From contig CM082587.2 of NCBI GenBank assembly GCA_040954595.2, positions 3,108,275-3,172,274 on the forward strand: a stretch of DNA of 64,000 bases. The letters run 5' to 3'. Position 1 is the stretch's first letter. Every line of letters starts with the position of its first letter. The position numbers and the translations under genes were made by a program. The notes below the pieces were generated by a model. It saw only the letters and a list, made by a program, of their open reading frames with translations. It was not told the DNA's origin and did not search any database. The DNA comes from Balanoglossus misakiensis. Its lineage: Eukaryota; Animalia; Hemichordata. Shown here one piece after another: positions 55,178 through 64,000 of this stretch.

Positions 55178-56211
55178 CGATGTAGCATGTTAGGGACAGT
55201 AGTTGTGACTTTTGGCAATTCTTTGCAGTGTTGGATTGAAGGAATAGCATAAGAAAATCTGGTTTCTGATTTTTTGGCACGCTTTAGAAAGAATTTATTT
55301 TTATCAATCATGCTGCTTTTGAATCAAGCAAGAAACAGACATTGTGATTGGCTGTATTATAATACCTAATCCTATAGTCCTATTTATGAGTGTCATTCTC
55401 AATAATAAATTGTAAGTTTGTCACCACCCATACTGGGATGTGATGTATAGATTGTAGATATTTCTAATCATGTTCAAATGTGCTGGAAGAATCATGAATT
55501 TTTGTCAAAAACAATTCAAGTAACATATAGGTGATGAACACTCTTTCATATCATTATCAGTACTGGTTTCCTCATTTCATTGACAGTGCAGTCTTCTTTT
55601 CAGTCCCCATGGACTAAGATTCAGGTGACAGTACAGATAGAGCTGCATTAACATGTTTTAATCTCAGGTCAATAATGCAAACATGCACTAATTTTTCAGA
55701 TTTTCATGATTGAGTGTGGTGTATTAATTATTTGTGCATGCTGCTCTGATGAGCAAACTGCATCAGTTGCCATGGTTAGAGTTAGAATTTCTATTGGCAA
55801 CTAGCAAGCCGCTTGCAATACACGGTGAAAGGTGAGCTGAAAATTTGAAATAAAGCACTTTTTACTGATATTTTGTTTTGTCCTGTTCGTTATCTTGTGA
55901 AATTCAACTTTACACATCCAAACACACATTTAAGATGGCGACATTTACATGTAATAGCTGGAGCTGGGCGTTTCATTGACCTTTGCACCGTGACCTGCAG
56001 TATTCCAAAAAGAAAATTGGCTTTGGTCAAATCAGTCCTCCACCCTAGCATATCATCACTCAAAATAAGTACTACTGGCCTCAAAGATCTGTGATCTCTC
56101 ATCCTTCTCCCAGTTTTTCTGGAAAGAAAAATCAAAATAACTTTAACTTGACAGAAGCGGTATTGGCCAAAAGAGAAAACTAATGGAAGTTCCCCTCTCC
56201 AAAAAACCCAG

Positions 56212-56289
56212 TTTGACCACCGAAGGCGCTCTACACTGTTGGCCTACTCCACATTTTGACCACCGATGGCGCTCTACATTATTGGCCTA
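56212..56289. repeat. Two-copy tandem repeat, period 43 bp
   Basis: TTTGACCACCGA(A/T)GGCGCTCTACA(C/T)T(G/A)TTGGCCTA at 56212-56246 and 56255-56289. Confidence 0.85.
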
Positions 56290-56926
56290 TGTGCAACTGG
56301 TGGTGTACATGTTCAAGTTCAACGTTCATTTGTACTGCGTGGCATTTAATTATCAGTTTTCTTTCGATTACCTTTATCTTCAGAATTCACATTGGTTTTC
56401 TTTTTAGTTTAAGTTGATTTGAATAAACTTCCTATTATCATAAAGCACGAGGCTGGAATGAATAAACATTGGAATGTTCCTGAGCAACTATTGATTTTGG
56501 CACATACCTTGATTCATTCAGTCACCTGTGTATTACTGACCCTGAAGTGTGTGCCTCACGTTGGCCCCCAGCCAAAGTTTGGTCAGTGGCCAATTGACAA
56601 CAACAATAATAACAGATTGGTGCATGACAGTGGTCACATTCTTGACTGTCATTCATTTTATTGCCTTTTAATAATCAATTAAACAAATAGCTTTTGAAAC
56701 TGTATTCACCAAACACAATCCACTCTTACAAAAAAAATTTAGAAAAAATTAAAACTTTATAAAACCTTTAATAAAAATCATAAGGTATAGATATGAGCTC
56801 ATTTCTTTTCAAGAAATAAAATATGTGAACATGTTGCAAAAAATAGGTGATTTTTAAAGAAAAAAGTTACACATCATCCAGAAAGAACAAGATCGTTGCA
56901 AAATAAATAATGTTGGTCACACAAAT

Positions 56927-56953
56927 AATCAATCAATCAATCAATCAATCAAT
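56927..56953. repeat. (AATC)n microsatellite
   Basis: About six tandem AATC units. Confidence 0.85.
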
Positions 56954-58752
56954 TAATTTCTACAGTACTGGGATGAAAGGGTTAGAGCTAAGTTGGACCA
57001 TTACCATGTAGGTGCAAATGGTCATGATACCAGATATTCAATTGCATGCACAAGGTGTAAATAATGATATTTTTTCTGACTACAGGTATATAAAATTCAG
57101 TACCATGGAGTTAAATCCAACCAAAGTATTAAACTATCATAAGGACAAACTCCAAAACTCATTAAAAGCTGCCAATTTTTTTTTAAACAGTTCAAATTGT
57201 AATGCACATTACACCTGCCTGCATGATTGACAGAAAAGTTTCTCAAATGAAGACAAACATCGCAGAACACATATTACCATGAATATACAATTAGAAATCT
57301 CATAATAGCTTTTACAATTATTCCATAAATAAGTTGTACACACTTGATAATATGCATCTGCGTAAAAATTGTACATCCTTTAAAAAAATTAAAACAATAA
57401 AGAAATTCCTCAGGTGAACTTCCGCTATACTGCAAGATAATTCTCTCAGGAATGGTCGATGAACTAGAAAAAGGTCTATGACCTGATTTACCTGAACTTT
57501 GACCTGTGTATTGTTTCTATGCATTGATCTCCCATTGTCTGATTGGGATTGGAATTGCACTTTATCCAGTCCAGAGTTCATTAGAATGGCACAGATATTA
57601 TTCTGGGACATCAAAATTCGTCATGTCAGGGATATAAATATTTGTAACAATTTTAAATTACAGGAATAAATATTTCTTCTCAAAATTATTGCTGATTTTG
57701 GCAGCACATGGGTTGTATCCAATTCACCACAACTTTTTAAAATTGTTGTATCAATGTCATACAGATACGTCCAGATACTAAGAAGTAGAGAAAACTTATA
57801 GTTCTCTAACAGTTTGTAAACTAACTGACTCAAAAAAGATACAAAATAGCTTTTGATGAAATTTAGGCTGACTACAACATCGAACAATATCATTTGAAAA
57901 TCTGCAAATTACAGTAATTAGTAACGGCTTGGAGGAACAAGCACCGCAATCTACAACTGCTGCATGTAGTGACACACAAGGTGGCAATTAGCTGTCTATT
58001 CATAACCATGTTTGTCATCATTGCTCTGACAGTTCTTTTCAAAATGTTGTGCAACATTTTTATCATTTTCATAAAATTTTCTCTATTTTACCCCTTAATT
58101 TTAGACCAGGCCGACATAATTTTCCATCGTCTGCAGGTCTTGATCAAAATTTTAGAAAAAAAGTAGAGAAAGTTAATGACAAGGTTAATTTTGTGTACAA
58201 TGTCGACAAGTTAACGATGGTGCTGAAAGGCTTAATCTGCTGGGTTTGGTTCTTTCATTTGAAATGCTTTCATGAATATTCGCAATATACAATATCAATG
58301 GATTTCTTTTTGCATATTGAAAAGATAATGTTTCCACACTTTCTATATTTAGAGTAACTATGCAACACGTGACATTTATGTGGTGACCATACAGAAACCT
58401 AACAATTACAATCTTGAGTTTTGGTTTAGAGACCATTGTGGCCATTTGCATTGCATATGGCAAGTCAGAGCCGCTATTCAACTTGGATATTAATAACCAA
58501 ATGTACAATCCTTCAGGAAAACTTGATTGTTTTGGCTAAGCACACAAAGGAAACAATGTTTCAAGACACACACAATGTATCTTGAGGTTAAAAGAACATG
58601 GATTTCGTGAACACTGCGTTCTTCCTATTAAAAACAATAGAAATTGGTTTCCCTGAGGAAAAGGAATCCAAGACTTTTGAACTTTTAATACACCGGAAGA
58701 GTGAAGTTGCTGCTGTACTCGACACATTCACTGTGAGGGGATGAAATGCAAG

Positions 58753-61315
58753 CTACCAGTCCAAGCTGTCCCTGGCGTGTGAGAAGCGGGGGCTGTTCTC
58801 CGAGTAGAACTGCGAGTACCAGCGCCGGTGCTTGGCTATCGTCTGGTCCTCCTTCACCAACATGGGCTTGCTGAGCCAACGTTTGTTGTTCCACACCATG
58901 ATGTCGCGTTCAAACTGCCAGGAGCAAGAACAGTGAGAATATCACAATCACAACTCAGTCACCAATTCTCGTTCTTCTCTTTACAGCATATAAATGGCTC
59001 ACATCATAATACAATCTGGAAAACCTATATATATATACCAGTCACATTTTCCAGTCCCTTCCACATACAACCATGGCATGTATTAAACAAACCTCTATAA
59101 CCAGATACTTATGCAAACAGAACATTTCATCGACACTCAAAACTTAGCTGTCTTTGATTTCTTCCACATATACAACAATTTGGAAACTGGAGTTTGCAAA
59201 GCTTTTTGGGGAAGGGTGTAGTCAAGACAATGTAGAGGAACCAGCTAGCCATGTAAAACAAGCAATGACATTGTGTAAATGATGTGTGATATTTTGTAAA
59301 CCATGTTGTGAGCTGAAAAAGGCATGAATATGATGACTCGATCAGTAAACCTAACCTGAGGTAATGTCAACCGAGGTAAGAGTTTCAACTAAATAAATGT
59401 GAACTCTACGTATGAACTGTGACAAAGTAGAAATGTGGAAAGATGAAAACTAACCTGTACAATTTCTCCATGGAGATAAAACTTAGATAAAAATGTTGGT
59501 ACAGTGAAACTAGAATCGATGGTGTGAGTGACTCTCTGTAGTAGAGGTTCGATGGGCGTGGCATGATGGAGAAGAGCACTTGTACCGATCCAGTTGTCAA
59601 ATTGTAAATACACAATGCCGGGACCGATCTGCAGAGAAGCAAAATGCAGGGTATTACAGCGGCGGAGTGGCACCCCTTGTCTGTAGCAAAACTGCAGCCA
59701 CGGAGTGACATTCTGTGTGTGTGCAGTAGTAGCACCAGAGTGACACCCCCTGTCTGCAGGGACTCACAGCTCCAGAGTGACACCCCCTGTTGGTGGCAGC
59801 AAAGCACAGGCAGACAGACTAGCGAGGGGGTGCAACACCTAGCTAACCAACCTGGATAGTTTCCCCATAGAGGTAGAATTTAGCAATGAACGTGGGCCAC
59901 GTCCAATTAGCAACAACTGAGTGGTTCACTTTCTGGAGCATCGGTTCAATTGGAGTCACTGATTGGAGGAAAGCCCCTTCACCAAACCAGTTCTTCAAAC
60001 GTAAATACACAATACCTGGTCCGATCTGTTGAGGAACTCAAGGCGGTGTTATTAAAGCACAGTGACCTTCTCTTGTCATTTTGGACAATTATTTTTGCAG
60101 ACACGTACATAAACAGTAGTTTCACTTCCAATAAAATGATAAATTTTAACTGTCATTCATGTTGTTGCTTAGTTATCAGGTCACACAAATGTTAAGGCAT
60201 CACACGGTACGTTCAGAGAAGTATTGCGCTGACCACAGACACAAGTATAACATTTGACCTGGTGGTTTGACATACCTGCCGAGCCTTGACGGTCATTTCT
60301 ACCGGCGAGATAGGAATGCCAAATATGGTCATTCTGTGAGTCAGACTCAACACCCCAATGTGCTTCTCTTGGGGGTCTTGTTCCCATGATGCATCCCATA
60401 TGTGACTCCCAATCAAGTTCCAAAACCTGAAAGTATTCAAAACGTACATCTCGTAATTTTCAGTGGCAAAGGCAGTTTATACAGTTGAACAGTGTATATA
60501 CTTGCACCTAATTTACATATGCCCATTATTGTTAAAAGGATGTGATATCATTTTTTTTTTGCGTGAATGAGTTATCATCTGCACATCTGCCTACCTTGAG
60601 TGTGTGTATCGAAGATCGACACCGCTGGCCATGATTGGCCCATGTAGATAATGTAAATGAGAGACATCACCTCCATTCTCTGGTATTTCCTGTTTCAGAG
60701 CAGAAAGAGGAATGGTTACCATGACAATAGACTCACTTTATTCATTCATTCATTCGTATGAAAGCTTATAAGCCATCCTTGTGTTGTTGGTGAAAAGCCT
60801 AGGGGAATAACTCTTTGCCTTTTACCTCAATGTGAGAATTTATCTGATGCTCGGAATAACCCCGGAAAGTCCACTTTCCGTTTTCTACTTCCTCAATAAT
60901 GGGCGGTTCCCAAGATGGGTCCCTGCCTTCTGCATCGTACCATACATAGATCATTCCATTCCTTTCAAGGGTGTTCCAAGACTTCACCTTGGCAAAATCT
61001 GGTACTGAAAGGTACATGTAAAAAAAAATAGAACTGTTCTTGTCATCTCTTTGGAATGGCTAACCATTTCATACTTCGGTTGATTCCATTGCATTCACAG
61101 ATAGGGGTGTAAGCAGTCCTACTAACCTTTCTCGGCATATGGAATGTCAACGCACTTGCCATCACCTCCACGAAACACCCAGCCATGGAACGGACACTCC
61201 ACGCATTCACCAAGGACCCTTCCCCCAATTCCCAAGTTAGCACCCATGTGAGGGCAGTATGCATCCACCACGTAAGCGGAACCACTTTCGCCCCGAAAGG
61301 CCACAACATGCTCCC
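58753..61315 (-). CDS. nvd: Neverland/DAF-36 Rieske oxygenase (cholesterol 7-desaturase), 5'-partial
   Basis: In-frame exons 61315-61127 ([19 protein letters not shown], Rieske C-x-H..C-x2-H), 61004-60826, 60689-60595 ([16 protein letters not shown], non-heme iron motif), 60426-60259, 59628-59455 ([20 protein letters not shown]) and 58914-58753 ([26 protein letters not shown]). I did not find the N-terminal TM or PNGW exons in 61316-64000, so they are presumably beyond the window. Confidence 0.93.
59657..59800. repeat. Degenerate minisatellite, four units of 35-38 bp, in an nvd intron
   Basis: GAGTG(G/A)CA(CCCC/TTCT) cores start at 59665, 59703, 59738 and 59775. Confidence 0.7.
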
Positions 61316-64000
61316 CTGCAAAACAAAAACAAAACATAAAGTCAAAATTCAAAGATTGTGAAAATGTGACCAACTCTGGCACTACATGCCAGTGCCGTTA
61401 TATATCTTGTATATGTCTGTGATAGGAGGCGAGTTCTTGACCCTTTCAAATTTTCTGGTACACATTGTGACATAAGCCTAATTATGTTTAGTGGTATGAT
61501 TAACCGTCTGCCAAAGTGACGTAACACTTCTGTCTACCGTTACATGTTGATGATGTAGTGTTTATTTAACTGTACTCCTCGACAATGCATCACCATAGAG
61601 TACTTGCTGGCTCCAATCACTTCACTTGCTATCAGTTATAGTACTTATACCACCTGTTGAATCTATGATGTCCAGTTTTAATTTAACCATGGACCATCCA
61701 ATGGTTTATAATAAAGCACCTAAAATAACCTTGACATTTGGAACATTTTGGTTGCTATGGTTTTTTGTGTGATTATCACATCAACATCTGCTTAAATTAG
61801 TTTATGGGGATATAAACAATCACTCAGAGATAGTGCACATGTTCTCATATGCTCAACAAGTACCCTGGGACTGCAGCAGTTGTGTCTGCCCTCTCCTCGC
61901 TGTGGATTACTTCAAGCCTAACAACATGATGCATTCATATTCTCAATAAACAACACGCCCTTTCTGTACCTTGAACTAAATAATACTGAATAAATATGAC
62001 AAGAGTTGAGATAGATGAACTATGTGTGAAGGTCACGGAAATTCCATTTGAGAGATATTTTCTTTATCATCAATAAAGTATTATGTTAGTTATAAAACAA
62101 TGAAATATGGAAATAATTCCTCGTCGTACATTAAACTTTGAAACTTCCCAGCTAAACTGAAATAGCTGAAGTTTGATTGACAAAATCTCTTGGGGAACAG
62201 GACTGCTGGGGGAAAGGTTAGTGTATTTAAGAGGATGGGACCCGACATCACCAAACATCAAAAATTAATTATTAAAGTCATATCCAGCACATATCTTGTG
62301 CGCGGACTTAGTCACGTCCTTAATATGTGCGGTCATAGCTGGCTTAATTTTTGACAAGATCCGTGATTGTGCCGAGTCGATGGTAAACTATTAATAAATA
62401 CAGTTGTCAACTTGGAGACACGAGTCTTGTATGTGGATTCAGCCATGTCTTCGATGGGTGAGGTCATTACTGGTTCAAGTAATAAGATTATCTGTAACAT
62501 GATGAAAGCAAAATCTGGCTCAACTTTGGAACGATTATATAGACTTTGCAGGACAGACAACTTGGTATAGGTCACACATACCAAAGTTTGATTCTTCATG
62601 ACCTGAGCTAAAGTGTGACAAAAGTTATAACTTTGGGAGTGGGTGTTATTTTTGGCATGGAATTAAAAAAGATTAACCATCACACAAAGTTGAAATTTGA
62701 GAATACCAGTAAACAGGATGTACGACTTTAAAACTTTTTTTTCCAGAAATGACTCAACAACTAAAACCACTGCCCGGATCACTGGCACCGACTGGTACCT
62801 TTTTGTGAATGAATGATATCATACTTTATCAGCAAAGTGTCGTGCATTTTCCCTGCAAGGTGTGGTAATATCAATAATGACATCATCATATTGGGGCGTA
62901 TTCAATCACCACAACATATTTCAGTGTCTACTCGGGAAGTGGTAGGTCAAGACACTGACTGGTACAGTTGTCTTGGTAATCTGTGCATTTCTGCACGTAA
63001 TGTCCTTGAGACAACTTGTTTCGATCTGTAAAATTTTACCCATTACTCACGTGGTTATTAATGTACATGATAGCCTTGGCACACACAAAATATATAAAAT
63101 ATTGAAAATCGTTTCATAAACATACTTTGTTCAGCTTATCAAGCTATGCATGATCAATCTGTTTTCGTCCTGAGCTATCAAATCCTTGAAACTGACCTGT
63201 CAGCTTTTACAATATAAAGCCTAGCCCTTAAGCCAGAGTTTATCAAAATATATCAATTACAGTTTTTAAATATTTGCTGTTGTGAATAATTTTCCTCCCG
63301 AGCAAAACGAAACATCTCGATCAATAAAAAATCATGTTCTTGGCAGAAACAATGTGATGAGCTTGTTTTTGGCAGCTTCGTATTGATCCCTTATCGCTAG
63401 GATGCTTAACAATTTGAAATGTAAATATTGACTTTTCTCAAGTATTAATTTGACCTCAGGTGCCCATCTCGAAGTACGCTGCATGAGCAACCGAGTGAGG
63501 TTCGTTATTTCAGATTATCGAGAATCATAGCTTGCAAGTTCTGAATCCCAAATTATGAGAATGAATGTGATGTTACTCCAATGCATTATGGTTTCCAAGC
63601 CTGCGTGGTGGACCCGCATCGATGGAGATTCCATTCGGATTCCATAAAGATTTTGAAGAAAAGATTTGACAGATGCGTTCTTCAGTAACAATCTCTGAAC
63701 TTTCGAGGAAATGTATAATGAAGTCTTTCAGTGAATCCATGCAAATGTTTTGGTGGTGCTGAAGAGCATATGAGCACAATGGTAAAATTGATTGAGCTAA
63801 TTAATAACCCATAGAATTCTGCTTTACATGATGCTGTACATCCTTACACAATCTTGAAAGCATGGTGGGGAAATTCAAATGGAAACGCCCATGCATCTTG
63901 CACAGCCCTGCAAGAGTTTAGCGAACTATCAGGAAAAACTGAGCAAAAGGTGAGGGAACTTTTGTATGTATGATAAAGGCAAACAAGGCTATTCAAAGGT

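Noticed and set aside
59657-59800. CRISPR-like periodicity (35-38 bp)
   Set aside because: The units are degenerate along their whole length with no fixed repeat/unique spacer structure. There are no cas genes and the sequence is in a eukaryotic intron.
62333-63990. Short ORFs as candidate upstream nvd exons or transposon remnants
   Set aside because: No TM helix, PNGW motif, or reverse transcriptase/transposase motifs seen.

Overview
This is intron-rich animal genomic DNA (AT-rich, GT-AG introns), probably from a marine invertebrate bilaterian; a deuterostome is plausible but cannot be proven from this window. Reading the exons by hand gives five genes. These are CDC7 kinase (+, CDS 936-3543), a betaglycan/endoglin-type TGF-beta type III receptor (-, CDS 8449-27570, with two large 5' introns), centriolin/CNTRL (-, CDS 31250-52847, about 43 coding exons), a single-coding-exon HDHD3-like HAD hydrolase (+, 54449-55177) divergent from CNTRL, and the 3' six exons of a Neverland/DAF-36 Rieske cholesterol 7-desaturase (-, 58753-61315). 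A probable first coding exon of a sixth gene lies divergent from CDC7. The most notable observations are: (1) the convergent CDC7-TGFBR3 pair matches the human 1p22 arrangement, with neighbours whose human counterparts are on 9q32-34; (2) a CNTRL intron holds an RFX X-box cluster and two frame-compatible alternative starts that would give a C-terminal, LRR-less isoform; (3) a young 789-bp foldback/MULE-like element with 103-bp inverted repeats and an 8-bp target-site duplication (TSD) sits in the receptor's 5'UTR intron. I found no evidence of a prokaryote-style novel system such as CRISPR or a defence locus. All coordinates and family calls were made by eye, without database searches.
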